Assembly: GCA_041750655.1 (NCBI GenBank)
Contig: JBGSYZ010000011.1
Coordinates: forward strand, 1,794-65,793
Direction: 5' to 3'
Length of the DNA stretch: 64,000 bases
From: Minisyncoccia bacterium
Lineage (GTDB): Bacteria; Patescibacteriota; Minisyncoccia; Phycocordibacterales; UBA918
Program-made: the position numbers and the translations under genes
Part shown: one piece after another, positions 26,201-31,508 of the stretch
How positions within the stretch are numbered: position 1 is the first letter of the stretch
Layout: each line of letters begins with the position of its first letter
Notes under the pieces: generated by a model
What the model saw: the letters and a program-made list of their open reading frames with translations, nothing else
The model's database searches: none
What the model was told of the DNA's origin: nothing

Positions 26201-27103
26201 TGTAGTAGCTGCTGGTGTAGCAGTAATAATTGGAGGCGTGTTAGTGGCTGGTATAATCTCGTTCGGAACACTGGTCGTTGCAGTAACAGTCTCTTCGCCT
26301 GAGTTTGAAGTTGAAGGAATAACAGATTCTTCTAAGGTCGGTTCCGCAACGAGTGTACTATCACCAGCATCGTCATCAACAAGATCAACACTTTCATCTT
26401 GCGCCACTGGTGTAGTAGTGCTTTCGTTCATAAACGGCAGCCATTTAGTAACAGAGGATAGCACCCAGTTAAGGCCGCCTTTAGCCTTCTTAAATGAGGT
26501 TGTGGTTGGGAACTCTTCGTTATTTACATTGACCTCTGCTTCATACTCAATGTCAGTGTCTGCAGTTTCTACATCAGAATTGGTTTGAGTTTCAACTTCT
26601 TGAGTTGTGGTTGTTTCATCAACTTTATCAATTGTTGGTACTTTAGAGTCATCTATAACTTGTTGACTAGGCAAAGGTGTAAGTGAGCTTGCATCATTTA
26701 TTTTTTCTTCATTTCTATTTTTAATAATCTGCTCGATTGGAACCTCTTCTAAATTAAACCAAGCAGAATTTATCTGATTGAAATCTTGATACAGTGCTAC
26801 TTCACTAACATTTTGTTGGACGAGAGTTTCAGCATTGTTCCAGCCAGGTGCTGAAACTTTACTTGGAAACACATTAATTACTTGGATGTTATAAACGTCC
26901 GCATCATCTGCCGATACTATGTACCAACTAAGTGCTACGCCTGACAACATTAGTAATACAGTAGTAAGCAAATAGGTTTTTTTTCTGAAAATGAAAGATC
27001 TAGACAAGTAACTACTAACAAAAGCCCACGAATATGATTTTATCGCTTTAAATAAGGCTTTATGTAATTTTGCTACTCTTGAATTATGAGGAAAATCTCG
27101 CAT
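8240..27103 (-). CDS. Giant 6287-aa adhesin-like surface protein (DUF2341 x4, LamG-like, FN3-like, beta-helix-like repeats, WxL/fimbrial-like C-terminus)
   Basis: Uninterrupted 18.9-kb ORF; N-terminal TM; DUF2341 motifs (W..R.PITI, DIR(F/I), Y.YYGN); LamG-like IDEMRF and LDEIQIS; repeated YWSYATDFDG and FYNL.F..G.WT units. Confidence 0.88.
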   Translation of the reverse strand: MRDFPHNSRVAKLHKALFKAIKSYSWAFVSSYLSRSFIFRKKTYLLTTVLLMLSGVALSWYIVSADDADVYNIQVINVFPSKVSAPGWNNAETLVQQNVSEVALYQDFNQINSAWFNLEEVPIEQIIKNRNEEKINDASSLTPLPSQQVIDDSKVPTIDKVDETTTTQEVETQTNSDVETADTDIEYEAEVNVNNEEFPTTTSFKKAKGGLNWVLSSVTKWLPFMNESTTTPVAQDESVDLVDDDAGDSTLVAEPTLEESVIPSTSNSGEETVTATTSVPNEIIPATNTPPIITATPAATTTELPSGTLKAVDNPDSVVVPSVSDPCGEMCAEYTIQLSDFGLPIFNDKFSVHGAQLKVSFAAKLKKTRDAAQLFKLRYSFDNGASWSEAGKITITEEVTNGTNGGYFLFALPEISDSDTLNNLMIELVYDDDPRALDGLFVESAWLELFALESPDVTEDNLTLLTDNGYDDQILKGDTLKLPDGTNIDFTFTDDNTNETLIIKSDKVNYPGLSKSTLYFNVTNISKSEDTFKLQTYFPDGIGQVTNIEEWNSNKPKDVVVPEYKPFVYHCEAGWELTNNPVNSNLEDISKLLAPSSDNTTTIEPAVIPESEQNNFDNGNSEPDTSDQVDISKDTPEETSQPGPVNDVETPTEDLESGPDTNDETLKSVDNEAPLLQSTIQNNLSTATSSSETDDESDEVLATTYVCRNTNIVRECDEIDGDNTACRINDVKVREHKLVQYVDGWEPETVVEGTPEDKRSLFKKAKDWLGFGPDIKPKPDTFEVRAHTPNEYTIAPGETKYFKMEISFPPLTTGEFWIEAIGDDEYGLLDPFWASQWNYRLPITIDNTSGTSNLTEQQVFLELNSSLTNFWANVNDDGSDIRFVQETTTGTEDAWYGTGWSDRIPITIQSSQVDSDQTDFPVYVNLADLGTDFFNTVKSDGGDIRITESDGTTEVPYELVSINTGADTGELHFKGDVSSSVDTTFYLYFGNSDAVGYAETDTYGAQNVWNSEFIAVYHLEEAAAGRGTAGLYQDSTSNEYDADDQLNSSGKTGLLGQGQEIDAQGDASEYMLLPSDIVNGETELTFMYWMNSSEAGNQALINGGANNEYLLYNTGGGTTLQFFPGATISINDLSIAPNWRHVLISRDTVGNEWKAFIDGVEDDNSPSSQSLSTLSIPDNCLVLGLEQDVSCLSSGDTSQHLNATIDEMRFLNVVPGDDWITATYRNQSTTTDFYATSTRESFTNTVFSELDYWLQHFSTSTDEADVWVQVDSLPAGASTTIYMYYGNAAATPASDEFAPFTYSTTTPIYYAVEGLTGGTISVYSYVDNNLVSIDGGTPVPLDSGEPTTFSSYSSTSVISSLGPIAATIDSAGGDILAPISFATTTFAVPTTRNTSSYYIHSPFASSTINTYLGNSGTPSQTFSVATGTTGRSTTDGSGSNGVVITSTQPVLVYHMETGSRDSFVSYPPTTRDIFGIYTGSAYISTVTDNPNPTVYCSGGSSATVSGVTRGEQQSIGTCTSTGQGAGGAARLTNALYPITAIQQADGDGNESSAFWARHEMGTQYYIPTDSAYVAIACSPRFGTTTLEVQQNDGTFVEGATCTPGANTPGKVYFDNGQGGSALAFIAGYKVVSTNGVPFYAIYEDDEEDNDETNMLGGVQGRKYANRFFGYSFGAQEVTIDAEYEQLSFGWYENSTNQTPTSTWPLGEGSFATEGIAITGQGAVNDGDVMRLRMNLQANVATGSASSTAFKLQYVEADTGQCSVATAWSDVGEIGSTTAAFNGYNNGSLIDGTILSSTTLASSTVSETYEEENLSEFLQNTINPGEVGEWDWTITSNNASVNSNYCFRMVRSTGIELVTYTSYPELETAGPPLAPTLISFFNNERTASSSPVVLDFAATDIAGDDIRYQIQVDDDVAFGSPVIDKNSQTSLSQFENVNTPSDKTPFDSGARIRFTGTGSLTASTTYWWRVRGLDPSGSNTWGDWSTAYSFTTDGSVTVSEWHQTTGDQFSTNALTSLSTSTGAVSVSGSSGVMTSTAIDFDDATVGNAWGSVSWGDTETSGTILYQIEYLNGSSWSLIPDSAIANNSVGNGTSPINLLDLDTDTYNQIRLVANFTGTSLSIQDWTVVWGQRVETPTLGDPFDNEKIATTTPALDFTTTDPQGDLLEYEISWGTDYTFVSSTTRNSSTSPGFSSGNPYASGASVTYTIQSGEALTNGQTYWWRVRAKDPYGGDAWSPWSAPDAFTVDTSVSVSTWFQTTREQFQQGTLNGLTASTSGSVTISNEVGEYGKVILDAGTWTEISTQVSYNDPVVVASLRYSMTGDAQRSVRVRNKTADSFEMIVDDPFGTLTGTTTVDYLVMETGVWTLQDGAGGTQVIAGTYANVSDVQGGGGYAASGYGADVTFSPPFSVPPAVIATVSTENDSSWVIAHLNDGNTRNNPPTASAMGLYLGRSNETAVHSPEDIDYIAFEPGHGTNNGAEFDADFGTDSHDEAPPTAEAFTSAFSPSAPEVVIVMQGAEQGGNGAWASLYAATPPTTSNYYPVVDESGDRNHTTEPILTLAFENASGVLLRDSTVGGDLTGEIYSEPILFSDGAGPKFEQLLWNDTEPGTSTITYRLQYLTSTSSWAYIPDAALPNNSIGTTTSPIDLTGLNVSTYNTLRIVGSFSCASGNCPSLQDWTIEWSEGVLMSGTLKQYDRSTNVTSGTVRAAVNGSLLGNTGTVSAGVWSISNVTAFAGDVVTVWVDGAAEANEAVAVFVYDGTGDITGVQMFEQHLSLSSDENGTTTNALLGAYDNSVSGDEDIFFDVDGSNDLSVCAISGCSEASLYIGSGDVYIPDVTSSGNVTTHDFINSGRVELDANTVRVSGSWKNNATFLPETSTIIFTATSTSETVDDADNILDFQNLTFGETSGTATWQTYDPVDVNGALNVTYGTLNRASSTITVAGNLTTGANGFWSGVSTTTFDGSGTSFWSDSNTVKQNVGRVVVDGGAKTITLSSSVYASSTTIGANDTLNAGGANTLFLAGNFTNDNVFSAQTGTIQIVGTSTNAIIKTNGSSLYNVTASTTGSGSISFSESSVSMLGNLTIATGTVTLATATTTIGGSFLNTGGTFAHNNGAVRFTGSGSKSVTLGGTTFLNHLYNVTFAGSGTYTFADINATTSNILRITSGNVVLPSGQLSVARNFITSGSGSFSHNNGEVVLLIEGNDTVTTNGSSFNNLRIRQGSGGSGSWYGSQWTSRVPITIRSSVIDGDLSNFPVYVDLSDLPSAFFSGINTGGGDIRITQSDGITEVPREIVSASTTAETGELYFKASSVSSTTDTIFYIYYGNATATDYAVTATYGAQNVWNNGYVLVSHMNDETTSTIVNSANGSLDGTKLSANNPPQTNLGQIYEAQNFAGTEHIAYGNVGSGAANITISAWINPSNLTGSGDTNTYGYSIFSAHSAGAYTWLTVGGSGGGGSTDEVRFCAFSSSVTCNVANGSNINTGEWHYVSATAIDGGAAAVRVDGNNVLSFTSDGGGTWNSGSTIGDLRPNRDIEFEGILDEIQISNVVRSTAWQDATYRNQGTTTDFYAVGSPQQDSVRTMADINTTVTGNMTVESGQVILPTGVLSIGGSFDNNDGFDANDGTVLFNSTSSSETIAPGSSSFYNLSFNSVSGDWTIIENATSTNNVTLTNAGTLTLNSGLSLYVGGEFTSAVGGASTTWTGSNIILGSGTDYVINTKTAPSDVYATLTVTGDGDVSLWNSSATIYNMLSTASLYSQDHTGVDGDLYIFGNYVRTSGTEHWSYLTDFDGVSLATTTPRQVDVRIQNGATVIASSSGLSIVGSSTASTTIDAQSGSFTLRTNTASVTAQYFEVTGTNASGFQLTSSSTVNTFNNAYFRIPAASSAVTVDASTIDTTPAKQFFDTDFVTAGGNVNVTLSGSPTSYWWFRDGAGDRYGEAFDNADGNPGSIRWDDSSYSIVVSGTVYADDGNSTLGGPTCDGVTNSVRIVVDGGVYSSSTPCSGVDGSYSFGAVNYVGDPSIIVYLDTNGGTTGSVITKTPTANITNLDIYANRVMTRHEDLAPLTIADMAVYDESDDTDIRFVAATGTTDTLTVRADNELYIFASTTFAPGGPVTLTSGGTGNVYDGTLHLGATSTFTGVGTTTYNVGGSIIVEPAAKLTTASSTFVMTATTTGKTITASSTLAFNTLQFTGVGGGWNLNTNITATSGINVATGTLTGTANVTVTNGSFYGDGLVSFGAGTVAIYRSNTYGGVQSWTVNNLTLGNGTVVGTTTPGGTATNTVSGVLTINAAHFLDANNSAWNLTGSGSVFVENGTFLEDTSTVRYGGVLGNTVRNTQYYNLTVEASGGTPTFTAAATGLPVLNNLRVGGTAPTTFTLDTNDPVGSIGGDVYIASNGTLVGSNSATLTVGGAWDNDGTFTNSGGTVTFNSTDAFTIAAGASSFGVVNISGAGAATVIENATSTGAWTLGTTSNFTLNSGNRLAVGGLFTNGAGGAATTWTGSTLHLFGAGQFTINASTTLDQYENLSAAAGTHIRMWNSSATSYLTASGGSVYSMDHLNVTGELYIFGDYIKSSGTDYWSYATDFDGTTLGSGRAVDVYVENGGSFTYSGGSLQMIGSTTASTTVQVQGGSGTYSADITGGGINAQYYILQDLDNDGLTFSGAPTVTTLSNGEFIIGNTGATAMTVAGSVINANPAKNFINNRFATSTGVTAATNVTTSGSTVSSWRFTNHTGDVDGEDFDADNGNPGYIVWDDSLAVITISGNVYENNTSSVSSVCDDVTTNIVLAVAGVVVPAASSTCSSATGAYSISGVSFSPNDTLTLFINSNGGDQGVTVSIDPISSVGDMDIYEDHVILRHESTDPILIADMAVYDSVNDSDIPFTAVDAGSDTLTLNTNTKLIVWANKEFEPQGNITTGGGISDALDGTVELRDNAILTLANTENHAIGGNLEMGTGSVFTPAQSTVTFTSAGSGRTIATNETGFYNLILNGSGTFTSSDTSLRVANDMTLTAGTLTLPNATTTITGSLSVTGGNFVANGGLIVFDSTTAETVVANNSDFNRLLFNGTGSWSMNDTNATATGAITIQKGAVTLPSGVLSVGGSFRNTGGSVVDNTSLLVISTSTSATLLASSSDLYGVTFTGGGTFTMEDNSLTLLDDLILNSGSLTLASGTLSIGGSLDATGGTFTHASGTILFNSSDAGETINPGNNNFNNISIASASGGWTMLTNATTTGNFLLTNAASYTQTAGTVLAVQGVFSNSVGGAATTWTDSTLKLLSGSDYSINTKSAGGDTYGTLYIYDGMDIRMWDSSAATTTLASTSISSLYSQDHANTPGYLYIYGNYTIATGTEYWSYATDFDGTALGGGSRAVNVFVVDSASSSITQTAGNLNIIGAATASTSIQALGGTNYSFDINAGTFNARYYQLRGLDVNGLTFSGIPTVSSLSNGDFEVTVDGGSAITLASTTLNANPSKLIDNVRFATTTAISAFNVNLDATTTNAWTFRDHVGNLSGEDYDADGIDACGSIRWDDSACLLVEQTHYRWRHDDGGEGVPTSEWFDTDWGARQRVRIVNADNATYATTTIKIPVTYDADMQADFEDLRFTKSDGVTELDYWIERYTASSDATVWVEVFELPAQGNLDIFMYYSNVTATTTSSSSATFVVVDDFESGLSGSYSGDTSLFTVDSSFAFGGTKGLDTTGFESSRATDGIASFDRTVSQGQIIRYMQYIDTGAGSSDESCAMFGVQSPVTSNINYGVCLEQFGIERMSLVENVESTDNYGSVNILASTTLTYATGWYEVEIDWQTDNTIDVYLYNSGGTLVATTSAADSSHSSGGFGFTYWGQNGGWDSFTSRYRTNTKPTVIFGAEQTDGGASWATALDTAANTFVIGDVARVRFAVENSGLGITGQQFQIEYAAKGAAPACEAVSAASYNSVPVQSSCGSSPVCMVSSTYYSDGDNTTDLLLETNGTFTSGKIKEDPSSITASLDIDQNEYTELEYAVSPTVNATSSAYCLRVTNAGTDLDSYLSVAELGVAFDPTITAWSLNGGADITLSPGTTTVITASGTVTDLNGYTDLAGATSTTFRSGVTETCTEDQNNCYRSAAPQCAYSACAGNSCTLSCTFDVYYFAEATDMAPYSGETWRSFIELSDQSGATTSAFAPSVDLLTINAITLASTTNSINYGSLTPSADTGSYNATTTVENIGNGNIDISIDGTDLTDGGASTIPVSEQKFASTTFDYSACAFCTTLATTSSAIEVDLFKPTSTTTPVVADVYWGIQIPFGTAAAPHQGSNTFYAVTD

Positions 27104-27229
27104 TCAATAACAAGCCACCGATTCTAAAATTAGAATCGGGCTTAAGTATAAGTATAGCGCGCCAACCCTTAAAGTTGGCGCGCTTACTGTGGAGTAGTGA
27201 GGATTGTTTTAACCTCCCAGGTCTATATA

Positions 27230-28765
27230 CTACTTCAAAATTTTCTTTACGTCATTAATTTCTTTCCCAATTAAAGTTTCCGAAACCTCCAGAGCGTTGT
27301 TAAGTCCTTCAACTGCTTCTCGTTCTTTCTTAGAAAGTCGTGGTCGTTTGGTTATTAGATTGATTTGATCGTAGATCTCGTCACGAAGGGCTGAGAATAT
27401 TTTTTCCATTTGATCTTGTATCTCACGGGTCTCCTTGCTTAATTTTTCTTCCCGTTTAGCATTTTGTCGCTTTTCATAGATATGATAAGCAAACTGTAAG
27501 ATATTAAGAAGTATCAACAAGAAGATAAAAATATTGCCAGGAGTTAAGAATGACCAGAAAGATTTTTCTTCATCTGTTTGACTTGGTGTAATCCAACCAG
27601 CTGTAATCAAAACCGGAGTTGAAGCTTCATACTTATTACCAGCCTTATCAAAAGCGGTCACTTTAACGGTATACGTACCATCCTCAAGTTCACCCAGCAG
27701 ATAACCTAATGCTGCTTCATCAGGGGTCACTATAACTGGTTCCCCGCCAGCAATCGTCATTTCATAACGCTCAATACCGGAAGTGCTATCTTCTGCTTTA
27801 AAGGTAAGAAGTGGAAAAGCTGTTTTAGCATTACCTGTTTGTACTTTGATATCAAACGGTAATGGGGCTTTCGTATCCACCATTATTTTACGATTCAACA
27901 CCGCCCCCCAACCAACTTGGTTTTTAAATCTAATACTCAAATACTGGACACCATCTTGTAAGTCTTCAGCAGTAAGAAGTAACTCTTCTATTGGCGGGGT
28001 GTACGTTTTTTCTGGAACGTGATCACTGGATGTAGACATTTCTACTGCTACTTCGTCGATATCAAAAGGTAAATCCCAAGCAAAGAGAGCGGTGTTAGTC
28101 GCGTACCAAGTTTCAGGGTCAATAAAAGTTTGTGAACCTACAACGGGAGCACGTGGAGGTTCACCGAAGGCAATAGTAGCGTCAGTCGGTTCGTTGTTAT
28201 TTGGAGTTTCAGTTGGGGTAGGAGTTGGTGTCTCTGGTTGCGGTTGTGGTGTGGTGGCAGCAGTAATAGTGTAGTTAGCAGTTACAGCGGCACCGATAAT
28301 ATCAGTCCCCTTTCCATCCGCTGCTAAAGCTGAGGCTGTATCAAATTTTACTTGAGCCGTACCCTCGGTTACAGCTCTAAAGGTAACCACGGCTAAATTA
28401 GAGCGAGAAGAAAAGGGTGAAGGGCTTCCACCTCCAAATTCAATGGTTCCGGCACTATTGGAAAAAGTTGGTTCAGTGGTCCAGAGTGAAAAAACCGAAC
28501 CGGTTTTTGAGACACTGACCACAGAAAGAATTGCCGGGTTAAAAGAAATTTTGGCCTCTACAGCATTGACACTTGCTCCTTTGGGATCAACCTGAATAGT
28601 CGCCGTAAAAGTTTGCCCTGAACTATAAGAACCAGTGGATGGACTGAAAAGAACGTCGGCCGCCAATACTGACTGCTGGAAACCAAACAGTAACAAACCA
28701 AAAAGAAAAACTTTAAAAACAAGTTTTAATACTATCTGAAAATAAATGTGTCTCTCAAGGTTCAT
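27230..28765 (-). CDS. Cohesin-domain membrane-anchored protein with cytoplasmic coiled coil
   Basis: Signal peptide; cohesin-like domain (GQTFTATIQV..VNAVEAKISFNP..LAVVTFRA); Pro/Thr linker; Ig domains; TM near aa 410-430; charged helical tail. Confidence 0.8.
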   Translation of the reverse strand: MNLERHIYFQIVLKLVFKVFLFGLLLFGFQQSVLAADVLFSPSTGSYSSGQTFTATIQVDPKGASVNAVEAKISFNPAILSVVSVSKTGSVFSLWTTEPTFSNSAGTIEFGGGSPSPFSSRSNLAVVTFRAVTEGTAQVKFDTASALAADGKGTDIIGAAVTANYTITAATTPQPQPETPTPTPTETPNNNEPTDATIAFGEPPRAPVVGSQTFIDPETWYATNTALFAWDLPFDIDEVAVEMSTSSDHVPEKTYTPPIEELLLTAEDLQDGVQYLSIRFKNQVGWGAVLNRKIMVDTKAPLPFDIKVQTGNAKTAFPLLTFKAEDSTSGIERYEMTIAGGEPVIVTPDEAALGYLLGELEDGTYTVKVTAFDKAGNKYEASTPVLITAGWITPSQTDEEKSFWSFLTPGNIFIFLLILLNILQFAYHIYEKRQNAKREEKLSKETREIQDQMEKIFSALRDEIYDQINLITKRPRLSKKEREAVEGLNNALEVSETLIGKEINDVKKILK

Positions 28766-28771
28766 AAAGAT

Positions 28772-29233
28772 CTATTTCTTGGTCGGTTTGGCTTGTTTAA
28801 TTTTAAGTTGAACCTTTGCTTTTTCTTCTGGTGCAAGCATTGGCAAAATTAAAATTAACACTCCATTTTTTATTTTAGCCTCAGCGTGGGTGATATCAAC
28901 ACTTTCAGGCAAAATGATTCTTCTATAAAAGTCCCCCCAAATACATTCTTCAGTGAAGAAAGCCCCGTCCACTTTTTTTCTGGGAAACGCAATATATTCA
29001 GGACGCAATCGCTTACCTTCAATCAACACAATGTCCGCATCACCCTCAATCGAAACATGCACATCTGATAGGTCGGCTCCCGACGCTTGGGCATACACCA
29101 CAATCAGATTATCTGACTGGAATACATCCACGTCGAGTTGCACGATTTTATCGAGAGCTGTTTCTTCCTCACTGGATTGCAGACGTTGATTTGCTCGAAC
29201 ACCCCGCCCCTTGAGTCTCTGTAAAAAGGACAT
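28772..29233 (-). CDS. Hsp20/alpha-crystallin small heat shock protein
   Basis: LDVDVFQ..IVVYA, EC.WGDFYRRIILPESVD, AKIKNGVLILILP. Confidence 0.9.
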   Translation of the reverse strand: MSFLQRLKGRGVRANQRLQSSEEETALDKIVQLDVDVFQSDNLIVVYAQASGADLSDVHVSIEGDADIVLIEGKRLRPEYIAFPRKKVDGAFFTEECIWGDFYRRIILPESVDITHAEAKIKNGVLILILPMLAPEEKAKVQLKIKQAKPTKK

Positions 29234-29429
29234 ATGACTATATTCTACTTCATTTTTATTTAAATCACTGGGATTTTATTAACAAGCTGTGGGTAAGGAT
29301 AAGTGTAAATTTTCTTAATAAAGACAGCAAAGAAAGATTTGTCAACTATAATCTCTATAACATTTAGTAGTAATGGGTAGTTAGCGCTCTCGAAATAAAT
29401 ATTTGGTTGAACATTTGTGCTTTTTTCAC

Positions 29430-29624
29430 CTATCACCTCATATATCGGTGATTTCAGTCTGGAGACAGGAGCGGATGACTTGTAGTTTCAAAATATACTG
29501 AAATCTTAATGTAAAGTTCCTTTCCACCTCGGCCTGGTCGTACTCGCTATCGCTGCGTGCGACATCGGCCGCCCAGTCTAGGGACTGGAGCGGGTTAAAA
29601 AGTCCGCCAGGACTTTTTAACCCG
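29430..29624. repeat. Cluster of GC-rich hairpins ending in a perfect 15-bp stem
   Basis: cgggttaaaaagtcc-gcca-ggactttttaacccg (29591-29624); ccagtc/gactgg; ggcc..gtcgtac/gtgcgac..ggcc. Confidence 0.6.
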
Positions 29625-31455
29625 TCCATTGGAATAGAAGAATTGAGAAGTCGGTGAGTGAAGTGTTGCCATCGCGGTTTATGTCAGCCGGTGGGTTTGA
29701 ATCTCCACCATTAGTCCCCCACCAGAAAAGTAAAATCGAGAAGTCTATCAAGTTTACTTTTCCATCACGATTGAGGTCAGCATTAAGCACTGAAGCTGTT
29801 TCACCAACTCCGTAAAAGGTATAGTCAGAAAATCCAGTTGACACGCCTCCTGCCTGAGTGGCTCTGGCTCTAATTTTGTAGGTACCTTTAATAAAACCAT
29901 CAGTAGGAATACTTAACGTCCACTTACCATCATTACCAGAATTGGCAGTAAATGTCTTCTTTGAGGCAGTTGTTTTATCATGTTCGTTTTCGATAGTGAC
30001 GGTAGCGTTTGGTATGGAGTATCCAGAAACCGTCAGAGTCTGTCCGGGGTCAACCGGATTCGGGTTTACCGAAATTGAGGGCATGATATTAATATTGGAA
30101 AGTGTGGAGGTACGACCACCAGTCACTGTGAAGGTAGTGGTGAACGTTGTTGAGCGAACATTATTTCCATCGATAGCATAAATACCAAAGCTATATACGC
30201 CACGAGCAATAGCATCAAGGGTGACCGCAAACTTACCGTCACTGCCGGCTGTGCCTATTTGAGCAGAGGCACCATCAACCATAACGACCACTTTTTTATT
30301 AGGGAAAGCGTATCCATTAATAATCACTTTTGCGTCACCACTTGGATACGCATCATCAGTAGTTTCCAACCCACCACCTCCTTGATTACCTGTATCGCCT
30401 CCTGTTCCGCCGCCGGACCCGCCGCCGGAGCCTCCAGAACCACCGCCGCCGGTATTTCCGCCACTACTCCCAGAACCGGAACCAGAACCGCCGGTACCAG
30501 AACCGCTTCCATCATCGCTACCTTGAGTAGAAGTGCCGTTGTCACCCGGATTACCAGTCGGCGGCGCATCAATTGAAAACGAAATCAAATAATCATCAAT
30601 ATTTTGGTTACCCTCATCATCCTCACAACGAACAAAGTAATTATACGAAGTACTGGTAGCCACCGGTGTTTCAAAGCTATGAATAATTGAGCCAGTCACT
30701 GAAAACACACCGCCCATAGAAGCATAGGGTGTGCCGGAAGCAGTCGAGTAACGACAAACAGCAAACTCGTCAGTATTTAGTGACACAATTACATTTAGGG
30801 TCGTACCAGAAAGCAACCCATTGGGGGCACCGTTAAAACGTAATGGGGGCACTGTTTCAGTTGTGTCCACTGGACCAAGTGTAATTTGATCAACAATAGC
30901 AATCCAACCACGAACACTTATATCATTGGAGCCTCCCTTTTCAATAAAAATCGGATGCGAAGAAGTGGCGGTAGGATTAATTATACTGGCATCGGTGGTC
31001 GTTGAATTTGAAGTATGATTACCAACCAACATTCGTATATAAGAACCGGCTGGTATACCCGATGTACTGTTTAGAGTGACCGTTACATTTCCCGAAGTTC
31101 CAGTTGTGATACTCACTCCATCTGTTGAGGTGCTGGTGGTCGTACCGGTATCTCTTTGTATATAGCCACCACCTGAATCAACAAAAAGTTCAACCTGATT
31201 GATACCAAAGTTAGTAGCCGGGATAGTAAACGTGCCTGGTTCGGGTCTAAATCGCACATAATCACCTGGCTGTAAAGCAGTCGTGGTTTTAAATTGGATG
31301 GTATGTGTCGAGGTAGCCGCCGGTGCTGAAGTACCCAAAGTATCTTTATATTCAACAATATTAGCATCAACACTGTACGGAAAAACAGAAAAAATCATTA
31401 GCAGGGAAAAAGCCAACCATACATACCCAAAAAGACTGCGGACCATTGCGCTCAT
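29617..31455 (-). CDS. Secreted multidomain protein with C-terminal dockerin
   Basis: Signal peptide; long Gly/Ser linker; duplicated Ca-binding loops DLNRDGKVNLIDFSIL and DINRDGNTSLTDFSIL. Confidence 0.85.
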   Translation of the reverse strand: MSAMVRSLFGYVWLAFSLLMIFSVFPYSVDANIVEYKDTLGTSAPAATSTHTIQFKTTTALQPGDYVRFRPEPGTFTIPATNFGINQVELFVDSGGGYIQRDTGTTTSTSTDGVSITTGTSGNVTVTLNSTSGIPAGSYIRMLVGNHTSNSTTTDASIINPTATSSHPIFIEKGGSNDISVRGWIAIVDQITLGPVDTTETVPPLRFNGAPNGLLSGTTLNVIVSLNTDEFAVCRYSTASGTPYASMGGVFSVTGSIIHSFETPVATSTSYNYFVRCEDDEGNQNIDDYLISFSIDAPPTGNPGDNGTSTQGSDDGSGSGTGGSGSGSGSSGGNTGGGGSGGSGGGSGGGTGGDTGNQGGGGLETTDDAYPSGDAKVIINGYAFPNKKVVVMVDGASAQIGTAGSDGKFAVTLDAIARGVYSFGIYAIDGNNVRSTTFTTTFTVTGGRTSTLSNINIMPSISVNPNPVDPGQTLTVSGYSIPNATVTIENEHDKTTASKKTFTANSGNDGKWTLSIPTDGFIKGTYKIRARATQAGGVSTGFSDYTFYGVGETASVLNADLNRDGKVNLIDFSILLFWWGTNGGDSNPPADINRDGNTSLTDFSILLFQWTG

Positions 31456-31508
31456 TACCCATATTATGACACGTTAAAAACTGTCTTTTATAGGATGTTC
31501 ACGGGTGG

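Noticed and set aside
8240-27103. Many short plus-strand and alternative-frame ORFs inside the giant gene (and inside other long CDSs)
   Set aside because: These are shadow ORFs caused by the Thr/Gly/Ser codon bias of the real gene; they have no independent motifs.
30370-30550. GC-rich low-complexity DNA as a repeat element
   Set aside because: It encodes the Gly/Ser linker of the dockerin protein.
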